A stretch of 27,004 bases of DNA from a virus (Duplodnaviria; Caudoviricetes): the IMG/VR virus record IMGVR_UViG_3300033485_000070, positions 1-27,004 of that record; one strand, given 5' to 3'. Below, in pieces: positions 1 to 6,692 of this stretch. Position 1 is the first letter of the stretch. Every line of letters begins with the position of its first letter. A program made the translations under genes and the position numbers. The notes beneath the pieces were generated by a model. It was not told the DNA's origin, did no database searches, and saw nothing but the letters and a program-made list of their open reading frames with translations.

Positions 1-200
1 TGAAGCCAACGCACAGCGTCAGCAGGCGTCACGTCCCAGCGAGAGATCTGGACGGCTCCCGTCTCTAGAGCGCTTTCACGGCGCCCCTCCTGTGACCATA
101 CATCCGAGCGTTGCTGGGCTAGCTCACCCCCCACGCCGCAGGGGGAAAGTGCCACCTCGCCATGGGGCCAGTATCCGCCGACTATCCCGGTATCGCTCAT
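1..200 (-). CDS. 5' part of a hypothetical protein running off the left edge (possibly a DNA methyltransferase N-terminus)
   Basis: ATG at 200 with TGAGG upstream. The frame is open to position 1 (MSDTGIVGGYWPHGE...WDVTPADAVRWL). 'ADAVRWL' resembles the start of N4/N6 methylases, but this is weak. Confidence 0.4.
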   Translation of the reverse strand, partial: MSDTGIVGGYWPHGEVALSPCGVGGELAQQRSDVWSQEGRRESALETGAVQISRWDVTPADAVRWL

Positions 201-223
201 GTCTGCCTCAACCCTAGTACGCC

Positions 224-252
224 TTGACAGTAGCGCGCGCTGAATCTAGGGT
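224..252 (+). promoter_or_regulatory. sigma70-type promoter TTGACA-17-TAGGGT
   Basis: Perfect -35 at 224-229, 17-nt spacer, TAnnnT -10 at 247-252. No convincing CDS downstream. Confidence 0.55.
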
Positions 253-551
253 ACACGCACCAGCTCGAGCTACGCAACACACCACGCTAGCGTCACGCAC
301 CCACTAAGACGTGCGCAGCTACACCTACAGGCCACCGCTCGCCCGGAGGGACAGCTCCGTCCGTCGCGCGGCCGTCCCGCACCGGGTAGGGGGAAGGGAA
401 GCCGGGGCCTGGTGTCTTGGGCCCTCTCACCGGCAGAAAAAATCCTATTCTCGTTTGGTGGTAGGCGTCGCACGTACATGGCCGCCTGACCAGTAGCCTG
501 GAGGGTCATAGCGGGGCGGAGGCGTGTGGAGGTTGACCCTGGAGACGACCG

Positions 552-761
552 TCAGCGACCGTACGGCTCCAGCCCCGCCTGGCGGCACGCCCTCGCGTCG
601 TCAGCCAGCGGCTCGGTGAAGCGTGGCACCGTGTAGCGGTACGCCACCCACTCGCATAGGCCGCCGTCGCTGGGCTGGCAGCAGTCCGCGATACGCGCCT
701 CCGACTCGAGCGCCGCGGGGCAGCCTGTGAGCAGCAGAGCTAGGAGGGTGGTGCGCGTCAT
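552..761 (-). CDS. small putative lipoprotein, Cys-rich
   Basis: MTRTTLLALLLTGC signal with lipobox. ATGA-coupled to the upstream gene. Confidence 0.6.
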   Translation of the reverse strand: MTRTTLLALLLTGCPAALESEARIADCCQPSDGGLCEWVAYRYTVPRFTEPLADDARACRQAGLEPYGR

Positions 762-1135
762 GGGTTCGCCCTATCTCGGATAAATGCCTCGATCCACGCC
801 CCGAGATCTCCGCTGTCGATGTGGCCGATTCCGAAGATGGGCAGCCCGAGCCGCTCGGCCTCGGCGTGCTCGGCGCGCGCGCCCCTGGAGTCGGTCCAGC
901 CCGAGATGAACAGCGCCGCGTCGCTCCGGACCATCATCCGCATCGTTCCGGCCAGCGCCTGCTCGTAGGTGCAGGCGTCCTCGAAGTAGGGCCGCGTGTT
1001 GCTGTGCGGCACGACCGGCCAGCCTCCGAGCTTCATGACGCGGTAGGCCGCGTCCTCCGCCCGGCGAACGTTCTGCTCCGTCTCCCATCGGTCCTTGGCC
1101 GTGTACGGCCCTGCGATGTAAATCAGCGGCGTCAT
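758..1135 (-). CDS. DUF4406 / nucleoside 2-deoxyribosyltransferase-like phage protein
   Basis: IYIAGPYT N-terminus and DAALFISGWTDSRGARAEHAEAERLGLPIF motif. Overlapping stop/start junctions. Confidence 0.8.
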   Translation of the reverse strand: MTPLIYIAGPYTAKDRWETEQNVRRAEDAAYRVMKLGGWPVVPHSNTRPYFEDACTYEQALAGTMRMMVRSDAALFISGWTDSRGARAEHAEAERLGLPIFGIGHIDSGDLGAWIEAFIRDRANP

Positions 1136-1689
1136 ACGATGCTCCCCAGCTCGAGGCCGTCTTGGTTCCAGCCATCTCGGCTCTTGCGCGCGAACAGCTC
1201 GGTCTTCGGAGACGACGGGTACATCGCCTCGACGATCTCGTAGAAGGTGTCTGGCTTCTGGGAATGGACCCCGACAGGTGCGGCGAACCTTGACCGCTGG
1301 CTCCGCGTCTCAGGGAAAGCCACCCCCTTCACAGCTATCAGACAGACCTCGTGGCTCGCTCGTACGTAGCGACCCATCCCGAAGTGAGCCTTGCCCGTCC
1401 AGACACCGTCCTTGAGCTTCGCGCTCTTGGTGAGCTTCTCCCAGACCAGCTCGCTCTTGAGCGTCAGCCCCAACAGCCGGAGCACGTCGAGCGCCTCCTG
1501 CTGCATCGCGGAGACGCGCCACATGAACATGACGACGTTCGGGTCGTTCACCACGTGCGGCGCGATGACCTTCACGATCTGCGGCACCGACAGGCACGCG
1601 TAGTTGCTCTCAGCCCCTCGGCTCTTGCCGGGTAGCCCGTCGCCAAACTTCCAGCTCGGGTCACTCACAATCACGTTCGGGTAGGTCAT
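1132..1689 (-). CDS. MT-A70 family adenine methyltransferase
   Basis: VIVSDPSW (DPPW-like), FMW, GMGRYVRASHE, HSQKPD and ELFAR motifs. ATG 1689 has GGAGG upstream and overlaps the upstream stop. Confidence 0.85.
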   Translation of the reverse strand: MTYPNVIVSDPSWKFGDGLPGKSRGAESNYACLSVPQIVKVIAPHVVNDPNVVMFMWRVSAMQQEALDVLRLLGLTLKSELVWEKLTKSAKLKDGVWTGKAHFGMGRYVRASHEVCLIAVKGVAFPETRSQRSRFAAPVGVHSQKPDTFYEIVEAMYPSSPKTELFARKSRDGWNQDGLELGSIV

Positions 1690-1913
1690 GGCGTCCACCT
1701 CCAGAGCGGGGCTCTGCGAATATCAGCGAGTCGTGCCTTGGCGAAGAAATACGCCCGGTCAGCAGCGCCGTAGGCGTCGCCCGGTCGCGCTCGCAGCCGA
1801 ACGTGCACAGCAGCCAACATCTCTCGCTCCCATTCCCAGATCAGCCCGAGCCGACGAACGACGAACGTCAGCAGCGCCATCAGCGGCGGCGCCGCTACCA
1901 ATAACCAGGTCAT
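1686..1913 (-). CDS. hypothetical protein with hydrophobic N-terminus
   Basis: ATGA overlaps at both ends in the coupled chain. Confidence 0.6.
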   Translation of the reverse strand: MTWLLVAAPPLMALLTFVVRRLGLIWEWEREMLAAVHVRLRARPGDAYGAADRAYFFAKARLADIRRAPLWRWTP

Positions 1914-2164
1914 CGGCTCCTCGCTTTCGCCAGCTCGAGCGCGATCGCGTCGGCTCGGTCTCTCATGTCCTCGATCTGCGTCAGCCGAGATGCCAGCCTG
2001 CGGTCATCCAGCGTCGGCTCCGCCGGTTCGCCCGCAAGAGGGCGGGAGCGCAGCTTCACCGCGTACCACGCCGCGGAGTACGAGAAGCCCACCTTCTTGG
2101 CTATCTCCGTGATGTTGCGCTCGCCCGCGGCCCACATCTCTCGCGCTTGCTCTGAACGGCTCAT
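1910..2164 (-). CDS. small helix-turn-helix protein
   Basis: ITEIAKKVGFSYSAAWYAV HTH pattern. Coupled junctions. Confidence 0.65.
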   Translation of the reverse strand: MSRSEQAREMWAAGERNITEIAKKVGFSYSAAWYAVKLRSRPLAGEPAEPTLDDRRLASRLTQIEDMRDRADAIALELAKARSR

Positions 2165-2328
2165 GGCTCGTCACCACCGCACAGCACGCTCAGAGCCCTT
2201 CTAAGGTCGCCCTTCTCCCAGCGGTCCAGTCCGTGCGTGTCCCAGTCAGGCGTCTCCGCACGCTCTGCTGTCGTAACAGCGCGCTCGATTGTGCTCGCAA
2301 CCAACTCTATCGCTTCGTCTCGGGTCAT
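2161..2328 (-). CDS. hypothetical protein, 55 aa (not in ORF track)
   Basis: MTRDEAIELVASTIERAVTTAERAETPDWDTHGLDRWEKGDLRRALSVLCGGDEP. GAGGTGA RBS; the stop overlaps the next ATG. Confidence 0.65.
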   Translation of the reverse strand: MTRDEAIELVASTIERAVTTAERAETPDWDTHGLDRWEKGDLRRALSVLCGGDEP

Positions 2329-2336
2329 GGCTCACC

Positions 2337-2747
2337 TCACCAAGGCATGTCGTCGCCGTTTGTCGGATCTTGGTCGGGCGGGTGCCCGTCGCTCGGCGCC
2401 TCTCCGCCCGGCCCGTTGCGCCTTGGCGATCCGCAGAGGATCACATCGTCGGCGATGATTTCGGTGGCATACCCCTTGGAGCCATCCGGCTTGTCCCAGC
2501 TCCGCGAGCGCAGCTTGCCCTCGACGAAGATCTTCTCGCCCTTGTGCACGATGCGAGCGAGCGACGCCGCGCGCTTGCCGAACAGCACCACCGTGTGCCA
2601 CTCGGTCGCCTCGCCCCACTCGTTGTCGCGCTTGATGCGCTCCGTGGTCGCGATGCGCAGCTCGAGCACTTCCGTTGTGCTGGCTTGCCGGAGCTTCGGC
2701 TCCTGACCCACGTTGCCCAGTAGCATCACCCTGTTTAGACCTGACAT
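2337..2747 (-). CDS. ssb: single-stranded DNA-binding protein
   Basis: LNRVMLLGNVGQEP, TEWHTVVLFGK, KGEKIFVEGKLRSRSW and an acidic C-terminus DDMPW. GGAGG RBS before ATG 2747. Confidence 0.95.
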   Translation of the reverse strand: MSGLNRVMLLGNVGQEPKLRQASTTEVLELRIATTERIKRDNEWGEATEWHTVVLFGKRAASLARIVHKGEKIFVEGKLRSRSWDKPDGSKGYATEIIADDVILCGSPRRNGPGGEAPSDGHPPDQDPTNGDDMPW

Positions 2748-2772
2748 CGACACCTCCTCTAAGCCTTCAAAA

Positions 2773-3279
2773 TCAGCGAGCAGCCTTCTGGGCTGCGGTG
2801 TAGTCGCGCGCCAACTGATACCCCTTCGGCGTGTTCGGCCCGCCGAAGCTCTTCTTGCGAAGCTCGCGGCAGCACGCCAAGCACGATTGCGGACGGCGCG
2901 TCGGGTGCGCGAGCACGGACGCGAGCACCTTGATTTGCTTCCAGCACTTCGCGCTGCCGCCGTTGCAGCTCATCGCGATGAACACTCCGTGCTTGTTCGT
3001 GCGGTCGTAGCCCAGGCGCGTGAGGTGGCCGCTCACGAGCGGGAGCGTCGCGATGCGCTCCTCAGTCCAGCGCGGATGCGCGAGGCTCGCGTTCGGCACG
3101 GCCTCGGGCTGTTGGAGGGGCTGCGGCTTCCAGCGCGCGGCCTTCGTGCTGGTCGTGCGATCGCGCGGATCGTCGCGCCACGGCGTGCCCTGCGGTGCAG
3201 GCCGCATCACGCGCGCAAACATGCCTGGCGCGGGGTGCTCGTGCAGCACGTGGGTTGCATAGACCATGTGATCGCTCAT
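2773..3279 (-). CDS. hypothetical Cys-containing (Zn-binding) protein
   Basis: GHLTRLG...MSC...KC...SCLACC resembles the 'GRLTV...C.CDCG...SCGC' module often found next to phage HNH/AP2 proteins. ATGA-coupled. Confidence 0.6.
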   Translation of the reverse strand: MSDHMVYATHVLHEHPAPGMFARVMRPAPQGTPWRDDPRDRTTSTKAARWKPQPLQQPEAVPNASLAHPRWTEERIATLPLVSGHLTRLGYDRTNKHGVFIAMSCNGGSAKCWKQIKVLASVLAHPTRRPQSCLACCRELRKKSFGGPNTPKGYQLARDYTAAQKAAR

Positions 3280-3329
3280 GGCTTGCTCGCTTTTGTCTTC
3301 TCGGCGACGGCGTCCTGCGGTAGCGTCAT
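3276..3329 (-). CDS. 17-aa micro-ORF (MTLPQDAVAEKTKASKP)
   Basis: Exactly fills the gap, with ATGA overlaps at both ends. Confidence 0.5.
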   Translation of the reverse strand: MTLPQDAVAEKTKASKP

Positions 3330-3544
3330 GGCTTCACCGCTTGCAGGTTGGCGCACTTGCACTCGTAGCCGGTTGGCTTGAACTCGAGTTGGCCGCCGTC
3401 GTGCTCAGCGGAGCAGTAGTTCGTGCAGCGCTCCGCTGTTTTGGAGAAATCGGCGTTGCACGCGTCGGCCACGAGCACCGTCGCGAACGCGCCGAGCATC
3501 ATGCCCACAACGATTGACGGCCCGTCAGGCCCTTGCGCGCTCAT
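3326..3544 (-). CDS. small membrane-anchored Cys-rich protein
   Basis: Hydrophobic SIVVGMMLGAFATVLVA followed by C, CxxxC and CxC. ATG 3544 is coupled. Confidence 0.6.
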   Translation of the reverse strand: MSAQGPDGPSIVVGMMLGAFATVLVADACNADFSKTAERCTNYCSAEHDGGQLEFKPTGYECKCANLQAVKP

Positions 3545-3636
3545 GGCCGCACCGATCGGTCGTGCAAGCATCCGCTGTGATCGCCGGGCTCGGGGTGCGC
3601 GTGGAGAACGTGCGTCGCATAAACCAGGCTGCTCAT
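3541..3636 (-). CDS. 31-aa His-rich micro-ORF (MSSLVYATHVLHAHPEPGDHSGCLHDRSVRP)
   Basis: ATGA overlaps at both ends. Shares a 14-aa motif with the N-terminus of 2773-3279. Confidence 0.6.
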   Translation of the reverse strand: MSSLVYATHVLHAHPEPGDHSGCLHDRSVRP

Positions 3637-3944
3637 GGCTTGACCTTCCTTGCTCGCTCAGCTGCGGCGAGCACGCGTTGAGAAAACCGCATGAAGTCCT
3701 CCGTACCCACCGCCTGCCGCGGGTCCAGCCCGCGCCCCAACAGATCGAGCACCTGAGAGCCGGCCTCGATCTCGTTTGGTCGTAGCCGCATCACGACCTG
3801 GCCACGCGCCACGCGCGCGAGGCGCTTTTTGCGCGTCGGACACCCGCCAACCGGATGCCCGTCCGCTCGGTATGGGCAGCGCACGCCGTCGATCTCGTTG
3901 CGGCAGCGCTTCTTGCCGGTACCCAGGTGCAGCACCGGGGTCAC
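3633..3944 (-). CDS. hypothetical protein with Cys/His-rich N-terminus
   Basis: GTG 3944 overlaps the upstream TGA. Contains a C..C..H..C pattern. Confidence 0.55.
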   Translation of the reverse strand: MTPVLHLGTGKKRCRNEIDGVRCPYRADGHPVGGCPTRKKRLARVARGQVVMRLRPNEIEAGSQVLDLLGRGLDPRQAVGTEDFMRFSQRVLAAAERARKVKP

Positions 3945-4033
3945 AGCCAGCTCCAGAACATCGCGAGCGCCGCGAACAGCGGTATGAACGAGAAACACAA
4001 CAGAGCCAGTGCTTGCGCTCCGAATCGGTTCAT
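3941..4033 (-). CDS. 30-aa hydrophobic membrane peptide (MNRFGAQALALLCFSFIPLFAALAMFWSWL)
   Basis: Coupled at both ends (ATGA, GTGA). One transmembrane-like segment. Confidence 0.55.
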   Translation of the reverse strand: MNRFGAQALALLCFSFIPLFAALAMFWSWL

Positions 4034-4362
4034 CGTTTCACTCCTGAGAGTGACGCGTGGTAAGCATCGAGAAGCGCTTCCTTGTTGCAGCGTGCCCGAC
4101 CACGCTCGATGTCGCTCACCTGCGCCACCGAAATACCGATCGCCCTCGCGGCATCGCGTAGGCTCAGCCCAAGCGCGACACGAATCTCGCGCAACTCGCG
4201 CCCTGCCAATCGCGCGTCGTCCGGGTACATGGGCATGTCGATTTCTTCGAAGCTGTGACCGATCGGCGTGCCGTCGTCAGCGTGGCCGCGGTTCACGAAC
4301 GCTTGCGTGCGCCGCATACCGATCGGCTCGACCATCTCAAGCTGAAGATCGTGCGCGGTCAT
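4030..4362 (-). CDS. XRE-family HTH protein
   Basis: LREIRVALGLSLRDAARAIGISVAQVSDIERG. ATG 4362 is coupled. Confidence 0.85.
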   Translation of the reverse strand: MTAHDLQLEMVEPIGMRRTQAFVNRGHADDGTPIGHSFEEIDMPMYPDDARLAGRELREIRVALGLSLRDAARAIGISVAQVSDIERGRARCNKEALLDAYHASLSGVKR

Positions 4363-4676
4363 CGCGACAGTCTCTCTTTCAGCCACTCGATCAGCTCGTG
4401 CACCTGGCCCGCGAAGCCGCTCGTGCGGCACAGCGCGATCACGTCGCCCATCATGTCCTCGCTGCTGCCGACGACCTTCAGGCCGCGTGGCGTGCGCGAC
4501 ATCCGGCGCAGGAACCCCTTGCGAACCAGCGCGTCCACGATGAACGTCGCGCCGGAGGGGCCAGCGAGTCCGCGGTTCTCCGAGATCTCGCGCATCGTTG
4601 GAGGGAAGCCGTTCTCGCGCGTGAACGTCTCGATGAACTCGAGCACCGCGCGCTGGTTGGCAGTGGGTGCTTTCAT
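4359..4676 (-). CDS. LexA-like winged-helix DNA-binding domain protein, no peptidase domain
   Basis: TANQRAVLEFIETFTRENGFPPTMREI...LVRKGFLRR..PRGLKV matches the LexA N-terminal domain. ATG 4676 is coupled. Confidence 0.85.
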   Translation of the reverse strand: MKAPTANQRAVLEFIETFTRENGFPPTMREISENRGLAGPSGATFIVDALVRKGFLRRMSRTPRGLKVVGSSEDMMGDVIALCRTSGFAGQVHELIEWLKERLSR

Positions 4677-4912
4677 TCGGTCGGATTCTCTTCCTGAGCC
4701 GGCCGAGCCGGCGCTCCCTGAACCTCGACGAGCGCTTCCAGCGCGCCGCGGATCGCCTGGCACCGGTCGCGCGCCGCCGCGAAGTCGCGCATGCGAATCA
4801 GCTGCTGGAGGTCGCGTGCGTTCTGCGTGGTCACTTCGACCAGCTGGAGCAGCGCGGCCTTGCCCTGCGCCTTGCGTGCCGCCTCGAGGGCGCGCTCAAG
4901 CTGCTTGCTCAC
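4673..4912 (-). CDS. hypothetical helical protein
   Basis: GTGA/ATGA coupling; GGGAGGG upstream. Confidence 0.6.
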   Translation of the reverse strand: MSKQLERALEAARKAQGKAALLQLVEVTTQNARDLQQLIRMRDFAAARDRCQAIRGALEALVEVQGAPARPAQEENPTE

Positions 4913-5235
4913 TTGCCCTCCCTACGCGCCCGGCTCTCGCCGCGTTCCAGCCACGTCAGCGACGTTTGCAGCTTCGTGAGCGCGTTGGCGCACTCGTCGT
5001 TCCAGCCCGTCCTACCCGCCTTCCCGGCAAGGCTCCGCTCCAGCATGTGGAGCAGCTCGATGTCGTCGGCGAGCAGCGCGCTCAGCGGCGACGGGCTCAG
5101 CTCGCGGATGTCGCTGGCCTTGGACTGATCGGTCTCCGCGGTCTCCGCGGTCTCCGCCGCCAACACGTCCTCGCTCTCGGGGACCACTTCGTCGTCGATC
5201 ACGGATTCGTCGTCGGTCTTCTTCTTCTTGGTCAT
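4909..5235 (-). CDS. hypothetical protein with acidic N-terminus and a C-terminal helical hairpin resembling Tad1/Acb2
   Basis: DIELLHMLERSL...ECANALTKLQTSLTWLER pattern. GGGAG upstream of ATG. Confidence 0.6.
   Translation of the reverse strand: MTKKKKTDDESVIDDEVVPESEDVLAAETAETAETDQSKASDIRELSPSPLSALLADDIELLHMLERSLAGKAGRTGWNDECANALTKLQTSLTWLERGESRARREGK
5131..5157. repeat. 9-bp tandem repeat x3 (GGTCTCCGC) encoding AETAETAET
   Basis: Direct reading of the sequence. Confidence 0.9.
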
Positions 5236-5236
5236 C

Positions 5237-5458
5237 TCAGTCTCCCAAAATCACTCGGTGGAGATCCCCGCGGTGGGCCACTATTAGCTTCCGCGCATCC
5301 TCCTCCGACAGAAATCCTCCGCCGGTCGGCTTCACCCTCGTGAACCGCATCGCCCGGCGCATCGCGATCTTGCCGCCCAAAAACTCCTCGAGGTTCTTCA
5401 CCGTGAACGTGTTGTTCACGAAGTAGTGAGGGACCATCACGTAGCGGCGTCTTGCCAC
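5237..5458 (-). CDS. hypothetical protein, probably leaderless
   Basis: GTG 5458 lies 7 nt after a candidate -10 box. Confidence 0.6.
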   Translation of the reverse strand: MARRRYVMVPHYFVNNTFTVKNLEEFLGGKIAMRRAMRFTRVKPTGGGFLSEEDARKLIVAHRGDLHRVILGD

Positions 5459-5465
5459 GAGGGCC

Positions 5466-5494
5466 AGTAGAGCAGAGGGCTAATAGGGTGTCAA
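5466..5494 (-). promoter_or_regulatory. promoter TTGACA-17-TCTACT
   Basis: Perfect -35 (5494-5489) in an intergenic gap, with an imperfect -10 (5471-5466). Confidence 0.5.
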
Positions 5495-5517
5495 GGTGTT
5501 TTGTGAACGCGGTGCCA

Positions 5518-5793
5518 CTATCTGCGCTCGAGCCATTCGCCGATCGACATCCATCGCGGCTTGTCCGCTGCCACGTAGCTCGCGCAGTCGCGGCACAGGC
5601 CGACTTGCTGGCGCAGCGTCTCGAGCGTCGCCGTGCCGTTGCACTTTAGAGCGAGGCGGCAGTTAGGGTAGGAGAGCCGGATCGGCTTCGGAGTAGACCT
5701 GCCAATCCTTGATCCGCCGGCCGGTCGGCGGGGCCTGACGACATCCTCCTGCGTCGTCCGAAGCATCTTCCCGTTCTCTTCCCACTTCGCCAT
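5518..5793 (-). CDS. hypothetical Zn-finger protein
   Basis: C-x5-C...CxxC. ATG 5793 overlaps the upstream TGA. Confidence 0.6.
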   Translation of the reverse strand: MAKWEENGKMLRTTQEDVVRPRRPAGGSRIGRSTPKPIRLSYPNCRLALKCNGTATLETLRQQVGLCRDCASYVAADKPRWMSIGEWLERR

Positions 5794-5978
5794 CACCGCT
5801 GCTCCAGTCGCTCGATGCGGTCCGACAGCGCCGACACGCGCCGCAGTAGGATCTTGATCGCCCACGGAATGTCCCCGTCGAGCGGGAGCATCCTGCGCGC
5901 CACGAGGTGAACCTCGCACAGGTCCGTACCCTCGACCACGGGGAACTCACACGCTGGGTCCTGGCAGTGTCGTCCCAT
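5793..5978 (-). CDS. small Zn-finger protein, first gene of the leftward operon
   Basis: CQDPAC...LCEVH followed by a short coiled coil. ATG is 6 nt after a -10 box. Confidence 0.65.
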   Translation of the reverse strand: MGRHCQDPACEFPVVEGTDLCEVHLVARRMLPLDGDIPWAIKILLRRVSALSDRIERLEQR

Positions 5979-5984
5979 CCGCTG

Positions 5985-6013
5985 ACTCTACCGCTCGGGC
6001 GCGGCCTGGTCAA
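5985..6013 (-). promoter_or_regulatory. leftward promoter TTGACC-17-TAGAGT (leaderless)
   Basis: -35 at 6013-6008, -10 at 5990-5985, ATG at 5978, no Shine-Dalgarno sequence. Confidence 0.7.
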
Positions 6014-6130
6014 GCAGACGCGTAACGAATCGTCATGCTGTCAGCGCGTACGTGTAGGCCAGTCGCAATGACGTCAGAGATCTTCTCTTGAACCCAAGAG
6101 ATCCCTAATAGCTCTGAGTCTCTAGACGTC

Positions 6131-6314
6131 TCCGGGCGCGCGCGGGTCACTAGTTACGCACGCGCGTGAAGAGCATCGACCATGCCACGGCCGAGAACCA
6201 CGAAAAGCCTAATCCGGGCGCGCGCGTAAAAGCAAAAGCCGTACCGGGGTGGGCGCGCGCGCGTCGCGCGGGCGGGCGCGCGTAAGAGCACCAGACGTGC
6301 CAAAAAGCACCAGA
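6131..6314. repeat. direct-repeat cluster: CGCGCGT(G)AARAGCA x3, TCCGGGCGCGCGCG x2, AAAAGC x4, AGCACCAGA x2
   Basis: Copies of the first repeat at 6161-6175, 6221-6234 and 6277-6290; of the second at 6131-6144 and 6213-6226. Confidence 0.7.
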
Positions 6315-6335
6315 AACCAGGGCGCTGTTCAGGTG

Positions 6336-6364
6336 TTGCGTGTCAAGGCGGCCTGCCGTAGAGT
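6336..6364 (+). promoter_or_regulatory. rightward promoter TTGCGT-17-TAGAGT (leaderless)
   Basis: -35 at 6336-6341, -10 at 6359-6364, ATG at 6372. Same -10 as the leftward promoter. Confidence 0.65.
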
Positions 6365-6371
6365 CCTCGGC

Positions 6372-6692
6372 ATGACGACCCACGTGGCGCTGGTGAGCGC
6401 GGTCATCGAGACGACGCAGGGCAGTATCGCCGTCCCCGTCCAGGTCTGCGCGGCCGAGACCAAGGACGCCGCCAAGACGCTCGCCGAGGGCGCCATCCGG
6501 GACGTGGGCTCGACGCTTCAGGCGGCGCTGGCGTGCCAGCTTGTCGGCCCGATGCCTGGCGGCGGGATGGGGACCATGATGCCGGCCGGGCAGTTCCTGG
6601 CGCTGCTCGGGATCCGCAACGTGCGCTTCGTGATCGCAGAGACCGAGGCCAAGACCTCGAACATCGTCGCGCCGAGGCTCAGTCTGGTATGA
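6372..6692 (+). CDS. hypothetical protein
   Basis: GC3-rich codons from ATG 6372 (MTTHVALVSAV). The stop overlaps the next ATG. Confidence 0.75.
   Translation: MTTHVALVSAVIETTQGSIAVPVQVCAAETKDAAKTLAEGAIRDVGSTLQAALACQLVGPMPGGGMGTMMPAGQFLALLGIRNVRFVIAETEAKTSNIVAPRLSLV

Noticed and set aside
401-442. Hairpin plus A-tract as an intrinsic terminator
   Set aside because: The A-tract lies 3' of the stem on the plus strand, so no U-tract follows the hairpin on either strand.
270-509. ORFs 270-509 (-) and 311-496 (+)
   Set aside because: No RBS or coupling, no clear codon bias, no motifs.
6131-6314. CRISPR-like array
   Set aside because: Repeats are short (about 14 nt), degenerate and only three, with no cas genes.
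6341-6346. Minus-strand TTGACA as a promoter
   Set aside because: No -10-like hexamer at 16-18 nt spacing.
6150-6383. 77-aa minus-strand ORF in the control region
   Set aside because: Derived from CG repeats, overlaps the rightward promoter, atypical composition.
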